Shown here: positions 1 to 10,078 of the stretch, one piece after another
Layout: every line of letters begins with the position of its first letter
How positions within the stretch are numbered: the stretch's first letter is position 1
From: an uncultured Thermoplasmata archaeon
GTDB lineage: Archaea; Thermoplasmatota; Thermoplasmata; Halarchaeoplasmatales; Halarchaeoplasmataceae
Assembly: GCA_964399335.1 (NCBI GenBank)
Contig: CAYNQI010000006.1
Coordinates: 1-32,704, forward strand
DNA length: 32,704 nt
Direction of reading: 5' to 3'
Notes under the pieces: model-generated
The model's database searches: none
What the model saw: only the letters and a program-made list of their open reading frames with translations
Told to the model about the DNA's origin: nothing
Position numbers and translations under genes: made by a program

Positions 1-29
1 ATGAAAAAGATATAATGGACAATATTCTA

Positions 30-93
30 AAAACACGTTAATCGCAGTTAACATATTTTCTCAAAACACGTTAAACGCAGTTAACATACTTTC
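30..93. repeat. Two tandem 31-nt direct repeats (30-60 and 63-93, 29/31 identical, 33-bp period), AAAACACGTTAAtCGCAGTTAACATAtTTTC, each carrying an imperfect dyad around GTTAAC
   Basis: Read directly from the sequence. The repeats lie just 3' of the minus-strand csp stop codon. Confidence 0.7.
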
Positions 94-106
94 AACAATC
101 CAAAAA

Positions 107-304
107 TCATTCGATGACCTTAACATTTACAGCTTTAAATCCACGCTCTCCCCGCTCACTTTCGAACTCGACTCTATCTCCTTTATCCAGTGCAACACCT
201 TCTACCAGATCGTTCCGGTGAACGAAATGGTCTTTCCAATGATCGTCCGGTTCGATGAAACCGTAACCTTTCAACGGATCGAAGAATTTCACAGTTCCTT
301 TCAT
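107..304 (-). CDS. cspA: Cold-shock domain protein (CspA family), 65 aa
   Basis: RNP1-like KGYGFI and RNP2-like HFVHR motifs. Length and overall pattern match bacterial CspA. Confidence 0.85.
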   Translation of the reverse strand: MKGTVKFFDPLKGYGFIEPDDHWKDHFVHRNDLVEGVALDKGDRVEFESERGERGFKAVNVKVIE

Positions 305-418
305 AGGTCCCTCGTCTTGTTGTTTCCTATAACTAGAAAGCAGTATATTTTATTATCGAAACATTAACTAAAAATATTTCAAAAGCCATAAATAATGTTA
401 TTATATAATAAAAACTGA

Positions 419-913
419 ATGAACAAGGGAGAAAACAAAGATCTAGGTACTTCGGACTTTAAACACGCTGATTTTTATTCTAGATATCTAGCTTTCAGGA
501 TAGATACTATTGTAAGCGGAGTTTTTATCACGATACCTATACTGTTTTTATCTTTAGTTCATCTTCACGAAACTTATCAGTTGATAATCGGAGTACTAGC
601 CGCGCTTTTCCTTCCACAAATAATCTATTATCCGGTCCTTGAAGCAAATTGGAACACTGCAGGAAAGAGTTTTGCAGGTATCAAAGTAGTAGATCGGAAA
701 GGTGATAAGATCACTTTCAAACAAGCTTTCGTTCGCAACCTAGAAAAACTTATCTGGGTCATACCAGTGATCGGTCAGATATACGCCTATCTAAGCAGTC
801 AAGCTATAAAATGGGATGATCAACGTTTTGGAGACGGTTGGGCAGATACTTATGTGGTCAAAGTAGAAAAGATAAGAAAGGAACAGTACAGGCCGAGAAG
901 AAGTGATTATTGA
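419..913 (+). CDS. RDD-family membrane protein
   Basis: N-terminal R..A..ID motif followed by three hydrophobic helices with a conserved Arg/Asp pattern. 164 aa. Confidence 0.55.
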   Translation: MNKGENKDLGTSDFKHADFYSRYLAFRIDTIVSGVFITIPILFLSLVHLHETYQLIIGVLAALFLPQIIYYPVLEANWNTAGKSFAGIKVVDRKGDKITFKQAFVRNLEKLIWVIPVIGQIYAYLSSQAIKWDDQRFGDGWADTYVVKVEKIRKEQYRPRRSDY

Positions 914-937
914 AAAATATCTAAAAAAGAAAGAGTA

Positions 938-1010
<73 letters not shown>

Positions 1011-1193
1011 AATTTAGAAGGGTTCTGCTATCTCTATAATGGTTTAATATTAAAATATTACTGTTGTAGACCCCTGTCCAATATATACTTTGAATAGCAG
1101 ACTATAAATAACACTGATTAAAATCCCATGAAGTAATATCATATTGATTCAAAAAATTGATATATTTACTTGTTAATCAAATGAGGAATTAGA

Positions 1194-1931
1194 ATGAAAG
1201 TGATGGATTATATTTATGACATGGTCAGCAAAGAAAAACTGCACATGGGACTTATAGACCCTGATGAACAAGAACCTGAAGAAGCGTGTGAGATCGCAGA
1301 AGTTCTAGATTCCTGTGGAAGTGACGCTATAATGGTAGGTGGTTCAACAGGAATAGAAAAGGACAAACTGGATGAAACTGTAAAATGCATGAAAGACTCT
1401 ACTGACCTTCCCATAATTCTATTTCCATGCGGTGCCTCTACAATATCACAGTATGCCGATGCCATTTACTTCATGAGTATGCTCAATTCTAGAGATCTCA
1501 GCAAAATCGTCGGGGAACAGGTTATAGGAGCACCCATAATCAAGAAGATGAACATAGAACCTCTTCCCATGGGTTATCTTATCGTCGAACCTGGTATGAC
1601 CGTCGGAAGAGTTGGTAAAGCCGACCTGTTACCTAGAAATGATCCATCTATATCAGTAAGTTATTGTCTAGCAGCACAGTATCTAGGTATGAAGTTAGTT
1701 TATCTAGAAGCAGGATCCGGAGCACCGGAACCTGTTCCAACCAATATTATAAGTTCTGTTAAAGAAAATATAGATATACCGCTTATAGTGGGTGGCGGTA
1801 TAAGGACTCCAGAAAAAGCACGAGAGGTAGTTGAAGCAGGAGCTGATATAATCGTGACCGGTACCGTAATAGAGGAGTCTGAGAAGCTAGAAGATAAGTT
1901 GATGGGGATAATATCAGCGATAAAGGAGTAG
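1194..1931 (+). CDS. Geranylgeranylglyceryl phosphate synthase (GGGPS, PcrB family)
   Basis: 245 aa with a (beta/alpha)8 PcrB pattern: LIDPD, GGS, YLEAGSG and GGGIRT motifs. This is an archaeal membrane-lipid marker enzyme. Confidence 0.9.
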   Translation: MKVMDYIYDMVSKEKLHMGLIDPDEQEPEEACEIAEVLDSCGSDAIMVGGSTGIEKDKLDETVKCMKDSTDLPIILFPCGASTISQYADAIYFMSMLNSRDLSKIVGEQVIGAPIIKKMNIEPLPMGYLIVEPGMTVGRVGKADLLPRNDPSISVSYCLAAQYLGMKLVYLEAGSGAPEPVPTNIISSVKENIDIPLIVGGGIRTPEKAREVVEAGADIIVTGTVIEESEKLEDKLMGIISAIKE

Positions 1932-2014
1932 ACCAGGAAGAAACAGTTCTTGTACAGGAACGTAAATATAGTCTCAGATTTATCAGATGTCCAAGCCTGG
2001 TCATACAGATCCCA

Positions 2015-3682
2015 TTGATGATTTTAATAACATTTATCTTATTCATATTGGTATTACCTTTTTCTCTGGACGGATTCATACAGGCTTCATCTTTCTTTTT
2101 CTTACCCGCTTTTATCTCAACGGTAACCATACCGGTGATGCGTGGTTATCAAGAAAAAGTGAACATTCGACAATCGGCCTTGATGGCTTTGGTCACACTT
2201 GGAACAGTAGCTATATTGATGATGTTTTACATAAACTTTGGAACAAATATTAAGATAGCGATGATAGTTTCCTACGGTGTTACCATCTCTTTTAGATATG
2301 TGATCTTTAGAGGCATCTTCATCTCAGATGCTGTAAAATCCATACCGTACACCTTCTTTAATTCTTTGATAGCTCTTCCATTCATCCATCTGTTCTTACC
2401 CATGGAGAGCTACGATCTAGTTATATTCTCTTTGATAGCACTTATTTCTTTAAGTTCGATAGAAGCATTTATAGCTTCTATGAATAGACCTTTCTTAAAA
2501 AATTTTGATACTTCTACTATGGATCTGATACGCACCTCTTTCCAACTATTCATAGAAAAGGAAAAAGGTAAGAAGGGATTGGAAGAGATATTCAAAAAGA
2601 ACGAGATAAGAGCTGATATCGAATACACTTTCTTTTCCTTCAAAAACAAAGACAAAATCAAAGCGGTTTTTATAATACCAAATCTACATCCCGGGCCCAT
2701 GAAAGGTATTGCAGGTTCGAATCTACCTGAAATATTGGCCAAGGATCTTAAAGGGTACGGCGAGATATTTACATTCCATGGACCATCTACACACATGTTG
2801 AATCCAATCATAAAAGAGGACTGTAGTAAGATATCTAAAGGGATTATGGAAAAAATTGGCAAACTAGAATATGATGAATATGGGACACATTTTAACTTTG
2901 ATGATTCCGGTGTATCTATCGGGTCCCAACTATTTGGGGACGGTCTTTTCATGACCGCGTCTTTTTCTCCAAGACCTACTGAAGACATCGATGCACCTAT
3001 CGGTAAGATAGTTAAGTTGAAAGCACAGGAACTTGGTTTTGAAAAAGTAGGATTCGTCGATGCACATAATTGTGTAAAAAAGGGGTGCACTGAGATATAT
3101 TATCCATCGACAAGATATAGGGCCATCTTGGAAAAAGTTAAGGTATCTATAAATAAAATGCGGGACAAAGGTGAAGGAAAAATACGTATGGGGATCGCAT
3201 CGAAGAAGGATTATTCAAAATCTAAAGGTATCGCTGGAGAAGGGATCAAAGTATCTGTATTCGAAATTGATGGAAAGAAAAACGCTTATATTTTAGTGGA
3301 TGGTAATAATATGGTTAGAGGTATCAGGGAGGAAATACAGGATAACATCTCAGACCTCGTATTGAATTCAGAAGTAACTACCACCGATAGCCACGAGGTA
3401 AACACATTGAACAAAGATTATAATCCTGTGGGATTGGAGATGGATGAAAACAAGATAATCGAGGATGTTAGAGAACTTGTTTTAAAAGCTATCGAAGATC
3501 TAGAAGATGTAAAAGTGGGTACCGATGATGGTGTGTTGAAGAACATGTCAGTCATGGGACCTATCAACAGTAACAGATTGAACGCAGTAGCTGAAACTAT
3601 CTATCAGATGGCACCAATAACTCTTGGTTTAGCAGTTCTTGTTCAAGCATTGTCAACACTATTAGTTATACTCCTTCTGTGA
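2015..3682 (+). CDS. Archaeal polytopic membrane protein with a large C-terminal soluble domain (DUF2070-like, tentative)
   Basis: About seven N-terminal hydrophobic helices, then a ~350-aa soluble region with HPGP and FHGPSTH motifs. TTG start at 2015, alternative ATG at 2018. Confidence 0.5.
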   Translation: MMILITFILFILVLPFSLDGFIQASSFFFLPAFISTVTIPVMRGYQEKVNIRQSALMALVTLGTVAILMMFYINFGTNIKIAMIVSYGVTISFRYVIFRGIFISDAVKSIPYTFFNSLIALPFIHLFLPMESYDLVIFSLIALISLSSIEAFIASMNRPFLKNFDTSTMDLIRTSFQLFIEKEKGKKGLEEIFKKNEIRADIEYTFFSFKNKDKIKAVFIIPNLHPGPMKGIAGSNLPEILAKDLKGYGEIFTFHGPSTHMLNPIIKEDCSKISKGIMEKIGKLEYDEYGTHFNFDDSGVSIGSQLFGDGLFMTASFSPRPTEDIDAPIGKIVKLKAQELGFEKVGFVDAHNCVKKGCTEIYYPSTRYRAILEKVKVSINKMRDKGEGKIRMGIASKKDYSKSKGIAGEGIKVSVFEIDGKKNAYILVDGNNMVRGIREEIQDNISDLVLNSEVTTTDSHEVNTLNKDYNPVGLEMDENKIIEDVRELVLKAIEDLEDVKVGTDDGVLKNMSVMGPINSNRLNAVAETIYQMAPITLGLAVLVQALSTLLVILLL

Positions 3683-3725
3683 AAATCTATTTATATGGAT
3701 TGTAGTTAACGTTCATAAACAATAC

Positions 3726-3798
3726 AGCCCCGTATTGTAGCGGTCAATCATACGGGCCTTTGGAGCCTGTGACCCCGGTTCAAATCCGGGCGGGGCTA
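3726..3798 (+). tRNA. tRNA-Gln (anticodon UUG), archaeal type with A1:U72
   Basis: AGCCCCG acceptor pairs with CGGGGCU. T arm CCCGG-UUCAAAU-CCGGG. Anticodon stem CGGGC/GCCUG and loop C-U-UUG-G-A. The 5' end closely resembles known archaeal tRNA-Gln (AGCCCCGU...). Confidence 0.8.
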
Positions 3799-4655
3799 TT
3801 TTTTACTAGTTTTATCGAATTTGCAGTTTAGTTGCAAAATCAAAGATACGCTTTAGCAATAAGATTATTCGGTAGTAACTTTATAGACAATATAATTAAA
3901 CATTATCATTTACTTGTGATTATGTAAAATTAATGTAATACCAAGATTTACATAATAATTATAATAATAAAGGACTTTAAGTTAAATGCTATATTATTAA
4001 TGTAAAATACAACACTATTGTTATTGTTAGTAATATGAAATACCACCAATTTACTATTAATATACAATATTTAAGGGATTAACGTTTTTGTATATATTAA
4101 TAACTCATATACGTTATAATCGATATTGCAAAACAATAAAAAAACCGTGTTTTTTCGTAAAACTTCATAAAATACTATTTTTTAGCTCGGGGGGATACCC
4201 CCTAAGACTATATTTTAGTGTTTTATGGAGGGTCACCCCTATAATTAGTAAACTATTAATAGGGAATTAACAGCTTGTCGGAAAAGATACCTAATACGAC
4301 GTAGATTATATATAATAGAAAGGGTGATGTCGGAATTGTTATTATTGATATGGACAATTGAATATTAGTATGTTTTTAGCACTGTTTAATTAATAACAAA
4401 TATCATATATTAATGAACCGTTTAGACGATAGAAAACGTAGATCAAATTCTCGGAGGAAAGGTGCAAAGTGGTATTACAATATTTACACAAAACCAAAAT
4501 ATGCGTATTATAATTATAAATTATTGTTATAACGTTAATACCATATATAATAATTAATAACAACAAACTACTGGTATTAGCATACTTCCACAATACCATA
4601 AATATTGTTATAACTAATTATAATTAACACATTAACGTAAACTATTATAAATACT

Positions 4656-5267
4656 TCAAATCAACTTAACTCTTACATCATCCGCAATTTCAACAATCGC
4701 TAAGTTATCTTCATAAGCAGGACCCGGATTAACATAGACCGTTCCATCTTCCTCGATAACTCCTCTGCTTTCATGTACGTGCCCGCTCAATACAAGCATA
4801 GGGCCTGTTTCTGCTATTATCTCCAATAGACCACGTTCACCGATGTGTTTACCTCTCGAGGCTTCATCCAAATATCCATATGGGGGAGAATGGAATACAA
4901 ATATGTCAGCTGCAGCTATTTCTCTGAATTTTGATAATCTACTTTTAGAATACTTACTACCGGAAAGTCCAGAGAAGGTATGATCCATAAATTCGTAACT
5001 ATTAAGATCTAGATATACTCCTCCAACTATCTCAAAGGCCTTTTCTACTCCTTTAGGATCACAATTACCAGTAACTCCTAAAATATTATCGATATCTATC
5101 TTTTCTAAAATATCGACGGCATCTTCTTTATATCCAAAATCTGTGATATCCCCGCAGATAACAACAGCATCTGGCTCATGATTATATATTGATGCATTTA
5201 TTCGATTGATCGATCTAAAAGAACCATGGATATCCGAAACTACAAGAATTTTTAAACTCATGATCAC
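4656..5267 (-). CDS. Metallophosphoesterase (calcineurin-like, YfcE/MJ0936 family)
   Basis: Metallophosphoesterase motifs in canonical order: VSDIHG, GDITDFG, GNCD, HSPP, GHVHE. Confidence 0.8.
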   Translation of the reverse strand: MIMSLKILVVSDIHGSFRSINRINASIYNHEPDAVVICGDITDFGYKEDAVDILEKIDIDNILGVTGNCDPKGVEKAFEIVGGVYLDLNSYEFMDHTFSGLSGSKYSKSRLSKFREIAAADIFVFHSPPYGYLDEASRGKHIGERGLLEIIAETGPMLVLSGHVHESRGVIEEDGTVYVNPGPAYEDNLAIVEIADDVRVKLI

Positions 5268-5303
5268 ATATTTAGAATCAAATTCATTAATTTTTTGTTA
5301 AGA

Positions 5304-5717
5304 TCATTCCCATCTGGACTTTATTTCGTCCCAACTGCAATTTTTAACCCTATATTCTGCTTTTCCAAAACATCTAATCAAACTATTACCACCCACATAA
5401 CAGTAGGCTTCTTCTTCTGTTCCATCCTCCAGTATAACATCGACGACTCTTCTTTCAAAAAATGGGTCCGATTCTTCAGATCCCTCTATTTTATCATATT
5501 TACTTAAAACTCTATCGATATCAGAAAAAACAAATAACTTACCTTTGACGGTACCGTTTCCAGTTGGATCTAAAAAAGGGAAACCTTCAACAACGTATAG
5601 ATCCCCCTTGATTTCACCTTTTTTTGTTTCATCTAGATACTTATCTAATTCAATATTGATGCTAGGTTCTTCATCCTCATACATCAGTGTACCATAGGCA
5701 AATAAGTTATTCATCAA
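5304..5717 (-). CDS. Gamma-glutamyl cyclotransferase-like protein (GGCT/AIG2 fold)
   Basis: N-terminal FAYGTLM motif and an acidic C-terminal half typical of GGCT-like proteins. Confidence 0.65.
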   Translation of the reverse strand: MMNNLFAYGTLMYEDEEPSINIELDKYLDETKKGEIKGDLYVVEGFPFLDPTGNGTVKGKLFVFSDIDRVLSKYDKIEGSEESDPFFERRVVDVILEDGTEEEAYCYVGGNSLIRCFGKAEYRVKNCSWDEIKSRWE

Positions 5718-5827
5718 AACGATATCAAAACACCCTATATTTATATTTGTTTGTAAGATATCATAAAGAACTGAAAAAGCAAAAGAATAGATTTTAATAC
5801 TAAAATTAAAATTGCAAGTTTGATAAA

Positions 5828-6877
5828 GTGCCAGGTAAGCTAGAAGGACAAAAAGTAATCGTCGAAGATGAAAAAGAGGGTAATAGACTCTATAATAAAG
5901 GATATTTTGGTAAACCTTTGTCTGGGGGTGGTTTAGAACTAGATCTGTTAGAGACTATTTATCTTATAGAAGCTGAAAGGCTGAACATCACTGATAAAGA
6001 TGGTGAAAATATCTCCAAGGAAACACTCATGGAGAAGGCAGTTGAAATAGATGATCGATCAGATATTATTTACCCAGTTTACAGAGATATGCGTCTGAGA
6101 GGATATGTTTTAAAAGAAGCATCAGATCCTGCAGACTTTCGAGTATTTCCTAGAGGTGGAGGTCCTGGTAAAACTCCTTCAAAATATTGGTTGAAAGCTA
6201 GTCTAGAAACGGATACGTTCTCAATTAAAAAAATAGAAGAGATGCATAATATAATAGGTAAATTAAATAAAAAGATGATAATAGGTTTACTCGATCTAGA
6301 GGGGGACGTAACTTACTACAATTTATCGACATTAGTCGTAAATGGAAAGATGGGAAAATATGACGGTCAAGAGATCAAAGGTACATTACATGGTTATAAA
6401 TGTATGATCGATGAAAATGAAACGAACATTTATGACGATTTATTCTTTGGTAATAAGATTGACAAAAAAATAGAGATCTCCCTTTTAGAGTCTTTATACC
6501 TTATGGAATCAGGACATTTAAAAATACGAGAAGAGTCAAGTGATAGCTATATCACTATAGATGAATTAAAAAAATTTGCAACAAATAAAGATGATAATTT
6601 CAAATTAAAATATAATATCTATAAGCATTTACGTGATAATGATATGATACCTAAAACGGGATTTAAATACGGTACTGCGTTCAGATGTTATAAAGGTGAT
6701 CCTGATGATCATCATGCTGAATATATCATCGAACCAGTTCCAAAGGATTTTACCACGTCCTGGTATAATATCAGTAAATCTGTGAGAGTTGCACATAGTG
6801 TAAAAAAGACCTTCATCTATGCTAGACAAAAGAATGATAAACCAGTTTATTTTAGAATAAAAAGATTGACACCATGA
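5828..6877 (+). CDS. endA: tRNA-splicing endonuclease, alpha2 type (duplicated EndA fold, N-terminal repeat catalytically degenerate)
   Basis: GYFGKP N-terminal domain motif. Catalytic Tyr/His are present in the second repeat (FRCYKGDPDDHHAEYII) but not in the first (FRVFP... lacks the Tyr). 349 aa matches the alpha2 form. GTG start. Confidence 0.8.
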   Translation: MPGKLEGQKVIVEDEKEGNRLYNKGYFGKPLSGGGLELDLLETIYLIEAERLNITDKDGENISKETLMEKAVEIDDRSDIIYPVYRDMRLRGYVLKEASDPADFRVFPRGGGPGKTPSKYWLKASLETDTFSIKKIEEMHNIIGKLNKKMIIGLLDLEGDVTYYNLSTLVVNGKMGKYDGQEIKGTLHGYKCMIDENETNIYDDLFFGNKIDKKIEISLLESLYLMESGHLKIREESSDSYITIDELKKFATNKDDNFKLKYNIYKHLRDNDMIPKTGFKYGTAFRCYKGDPDDHHAEYIIEPVPKDFTTSWYNISKSVRVAHSVKKTFIYARQKNDKPVYFRIKRLTP

Positions 6878-7171
6878 TTATTTTCTTCTTTCTTTGAGTT
6901 TTCTACCTAGTTGTTTTAAAAACTTCTGTTTAGACATGTTTTGCTTGTTAATGATTAAACGACCGTTTTTCTCATACCAAGTCGCTGGATGAGCTTTATG
7001 ATCTTCTTTCATATTAGGTATGTCGAACTCTTTTAAAAGTCTGCTGATTTCGTTTATATCGGGTGAGGAAACAGCTATTTGTCTAGGGATCCTTCTACAT
7101 TCGCTTCTAGATAAATCTATATCAAAATATTCAGGATAGATTACCCATGTATTCCTTTTTTTAAGAGCCAT
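6878..7171 (-). CDS. srp19: Signal recognition particle protein SRP19
   Basis: WVIYPEYFD...SRSECRRIPRQIAV matches the archaeal SRP19 N-terminal signature. 97 aa with a basic C-terminus. Confidence 0.85.
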   Translation of the reverse strand: MALKKRNTWVIYPEYFDIDLSRSECRRIPRQIAVSSPDINEISRLLKEFDIPNMKEDHKAHPATWYEKNGRLIINKQNMSKQKFLKQLGRKLKERRK

Positions 7172-7175
7172 GATA

Positions 7176-7556
7176 CTATTCCTCTAACAAGATAGCGTTT
7201 ACTACTCCATCTTGTCCAGGTCTAGAAGTGATCTTTGCTTTACCCTTTTCTGTTTCTACTTTAGCTCCCTTCGTAAGGATATTTCTCTGGACGTAGTTTG
7301 GATTTGCAGGGTTTTCAAATACGTTATTGATCTTAACCTTGCTGACATTCCCCTCCTTGTCCGCAACGTTTGCATATGCACCATTTACGACTCTAATTTT
7401 TTGATTACCACCAAGCGAACGAACAAGTTTCCTTTTCTCGGGACCTATCACTGGCTTTTCGAAATCTTGACTGATCTCGAATTTACGTTTCTTTCTAGAG
7501 TATCTTCTTCTTCCACCTGTTATCTTTCGTTTGGATTTACCTTGCCATAATGTCAT
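7176..7556 (-). CDS. rps8e: Ribosomal protein eS8 (S8e)
   Basis: GKSKRKITGGRRR...KKRKFE N-terminal signature of S8e. 126 aa. Confidence 0.9.
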   Translation of the reverse strand: MTLWQGKSKRKITGGRRRYSRKKRKFEISQDFEKPVIGPEKRKLVRSLGGNQKIRVVNGAYANVADKEGNVSKVKINNVFENPANPNYVQRNILTKGAKVETEKGKAKITSRPGQDGVVNAILLEE

Positions 7557-7618
7557 CGTGAATCCTCAAATCCGATGCAGTGATAAAACCATATATAAGT
7601 TTTGTGTGACAATCATCT

Positions 7619-8236
7619 TTACTCCGCGTAAGAATATGCACCCTTTATTTCTACTCCAGCGGATAGTAATATAGAGGATACAAAAGCACCGAATCCAAAG
7701 CCGAATATAAGTCCAGTTATAAGTCTTATAGGATTATTACTTTCATAGTTAGTGACTAATTGAATACCTCCATCTAAAGCCATAGGTAATACAAATAACG
7801 CACCTAAAAATAGAAGAACATACAATTTTTTAGATTCAGTCAGATCAAGATCCATAGGTACTAATTTTAGTAGAATGTCTTTGAAATCTCTTTCAGGTCC
7901 AATAAACATCATCACGAAAAGTCCAAGGCTTAATCCTGAAAATATCCCCATGCATCTAGCACAAACTGGGATCTGATTGCCGTTTATGTAGTAAGAACGA
8001 TAGTATTTTTGGTGGCAGTTGAAATCACTAAAAGTATAGATAACTCTATGGTATGTTGGTAATTCCTGCCATTTTTCCTGGAAATCTAGCATATTGGCTC
8101 GCCCTTCTAAGTTTTCAACAGTTCCCGGTTCCAATGTAAGGGGAGCTATGAAAAGACCTGTAGTATAAAGAATCAATATGATGAATAAGACCAGTGGTAT
8201 TATGTTTATCTTCTTTCCAAATAATTTTAGGTCCAT
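7619..8236 (-). CDS. DUF2085-family membrane protein
   Basis: CHQKYYRSYYINGNQIPVCARCMGIFSG matches the DUF2085 CHQ...RS...CARC motif. Flanked by transmembrane helices. Confidence 0.6.
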   Translation of the reverse strand: MDLKLFGKKINIIPLVLFIILILYTTGLFIAPLTLEPGTVENLEGRANMLDFQEKWQELPTYHRVIYTFSDFNCHQKYYRSYYINGNQIPVCARCMGIFSGLSLGLFVMMFIGPERDFKDILLKLVPMDLDLTESKKLYVLLFLGALFVLPMALDGGIQLVTNYESNNPIRLITGLIFGFGFGAFVSSILLSAGVEIKGAYSYAE

Positions 8237-9465
8237 CCCTCATCAACCTCTTTAAAGAAATCGTTTTTATCGATGGTTCTCTGATCTCCTGTGTGCATGT
8301 TTTTTATGGTAACGGTTTCATCTTCTACTTCGTTACCTCCGATCAAAATAGCGTATCGGAAATTATTTTTGTCGGCATATCCCAGGGCTTTTCCAACGCC
8401 TCTCCCCATCAGATCGATATCCGCTGATATATTATTTGATCTTAATTCTTCCAGTATATCATAAGAATACTCGTAACCCTCCTCTCCGATAGGGATTATG
8501 TAGCAATCGAGATCATCAAGTTCTGGTAATTTTTCTTCAGTTTCGAGAGCTAGTATGCTTCTATCAAAACCCATCGCAAAACCTTTAGAGGATATGTCGA
8601 TACCAAAGACATCTCCTAGGTTATAATCTCCTCCACCTAAGATCTGTTTTTCAGCCCCTAAATTCTCCGCATCGACCTCAAAGACTATGCCCTTGTAATA
8701 ATCTAGACCTCTAACTGTACCTATGTCCACTTTGAGATGTTTTTCTTCGATACCATAATATTCCAATAAATCTAGTACTTCCTTTAGATATTCTACAGGT
8801 TCAGGGTCTCCAAGGACACTCGACATCTCCTCTAATTCCATATTTAAAAATTCCATCAATTTAGAACCCAGGGAATACTCTTCAGATATCTCATCTATCT
8901 CTTCTTTATCGATTTTATGATAGATATCTTGCTTTTTCTCCAGATCTATATCGTTTTCCTCTAAGAACTTATCGAGTATTTTAAGATTAGAAATCTTCAG
9001 CGTGAATTCATCTAATCCTATTCCCTTGATACACTTGTAAGCTAAAGCAATGTTCTCGGCATCTGCTTTTGTAGTATCAGGCCCGATCAACTCAGTACCG
9101 AACTGCCAGAATTCTCTATAACGGCCTGCTTGAGGTCTTTCATACCTGAATGAAGGACCGAAGTAGAACAGTTTCAAAGGTTTGGGAAGTTCTCTCATCC
9201 CCTCGTTATAAGCTCTGATAACTGAAGCTGTGAATTCGGGACGTAAAGCGATATCTCTACCTCCTTTGTCTTCGAAGTGATAAAGTTCATTGACTATATC
9301 CGGACCTGACTTTTTAGTAAACAGTTCAGTATGTTCGAAAGTTGGAGTCAATATCTCTCTGTAGCCAAAGCTCCTAGATATGTTTCTGAGTTTTTGTTCT
9401 ATCTTGTACCTAACCTCCATTTCTTCTGGATCTAGGTCTCGTGTTCCCCGCGGTCTTTCTATCAT
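8227..9465 (-). CDS. hisS: Histidyl-tRNA synthetase
   Basis: Class II HisRS motifs (RGTRD..., YGYREILTPTFE, DKGGRDIALRPEFT, RYERPQAGRYREF) plus a C-terminal anticodon-binding domain. Confidence 0.9.
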   Translation of the reverse strand: MIERPRGTRDLDPEEMEVRYKIEQKLRNISRSFGYREILTPTFEHTELFTKKSGPDIVNELYHFEDKGGRDIALRPEFTASVIRAYNEGMRELPKPLKLFYFGPSFRYERPQAGRYREFWQFGTELIGPDTTKADAENIALAYKCIKGIGLDEFTLKISNLKILDKFLEENDIDLEKKQDIYHKIDKEEIDEISEEYSLGSKLMEFLNMELEEMSSVLGDPEPVEYLKEVLDLLEYYGIEEKHLKVDIGTVRGLDYYKGIVFEVDAENLGAEKQILGGGDYNLGDVFGIDISSKGFAMGFDRSILALETEEKLPELDDLDCYIIPIGEEGYEYSYDILEELRSNNISADIDLMGRGVGKALGYADKNNFRYAILIGGNEVEDETVTIKNMHTGDQRTIDKNDFFKEVDEGWT

Positions 9466-9511
9466 ATTTGGCTACATAGTTAATTTAATATTTAAGTCTT
9501 TTAAGTGAAAT

Positions 9512-10078
9512 TTGATAGGACTCGAAAGATTGATAAATCAATCTATGATTATGGATAGTATGAAAGAAGAATTATCAGGCAATATAGCATTGAAATTTTT
9601 ACCACCTTTTCCAACTGTTTTGATTGGGACTGGAACAGGTGATGACTCCAATTTAATAACAGCTGCAATGCTTCATGTATTCTCTCTAGATCCACCCATG
9701 CTTGGAACAGGTATATCGCCAAAGAGGCATTCATTTGGATTGATTAAAAAACACGAAGAATTTACAGTAAATGTCCCCTGTTCACATCAGTTAGATAAGA
9801 TACTTGATTGTGGAAAAGTTTCTGGAAAGGATGTCGACAAATTCGAGAAGTTCGGTTTAACAAAGGAAAAATCTGATAAAATATCAGTGCCGGGGATCGA
9901 AGAGTTTCCATTGGTCTATGAATGTGAAGTAAAAGAACAATTCAAAACTGGAGATCATGTTTGGTTCATCGGTGAGGTCGTCAATGCCAAGAAATCCCAG
10001 GACTACAAAAAAGAGGATACTATACTTTATTGGGGTGGAGAATTTAGAAAACCGGGTAAGGATCTACAAGAGGAGTGA
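9512..10078 (+). CDS. Flavin reductase-like FMN-binding domain protein
   Basis: V..IGTG...N.ITAAM....S.DPPMLG pattern of the PF01613-type flavin reductase domain. Confidence 0.6.
   Translation: MIGLERLINQSMIMDSMKEELSGNIALKFLPPFPTVLIGTGTGDDSNLITAAMLHVFSLDPPMLGTGISPKRHSFGLIKKHEEFTVNVPCSHQLDKILDCGKVSGKDVDKFEKFGLTKEKSDKISVPGIEEFPLVYECEVKEQFKTGDHVWFIGEVVNAKKSQDYKKEDTILYWGGEFRKPGKDLQEE

Noticed and set aside
1214-3090. Antisense ORFs 1214..1465(-), 1783..2130(-), 1987..2253(+) and 2410..3090(-) overlapping the GGGPS and membrane-protein genes
   Set aside because: These are shadow ORFs on the opposite strand of genes with clear homology or transmembrane signal. They show S/L/F-rich low-complexity translations typical of antisense reading of AT-rich coding DNA.
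4186-4245. 5S rRNA, a tRNA, or a box C/D sRNA in the AT-rich desert
   Set aside because: The GC hairpins are only 5 and 3 bp with tiny loops. There is no RUGAUGA/CUGA box pair in proper arrangement and no tRNA cloverleaf.
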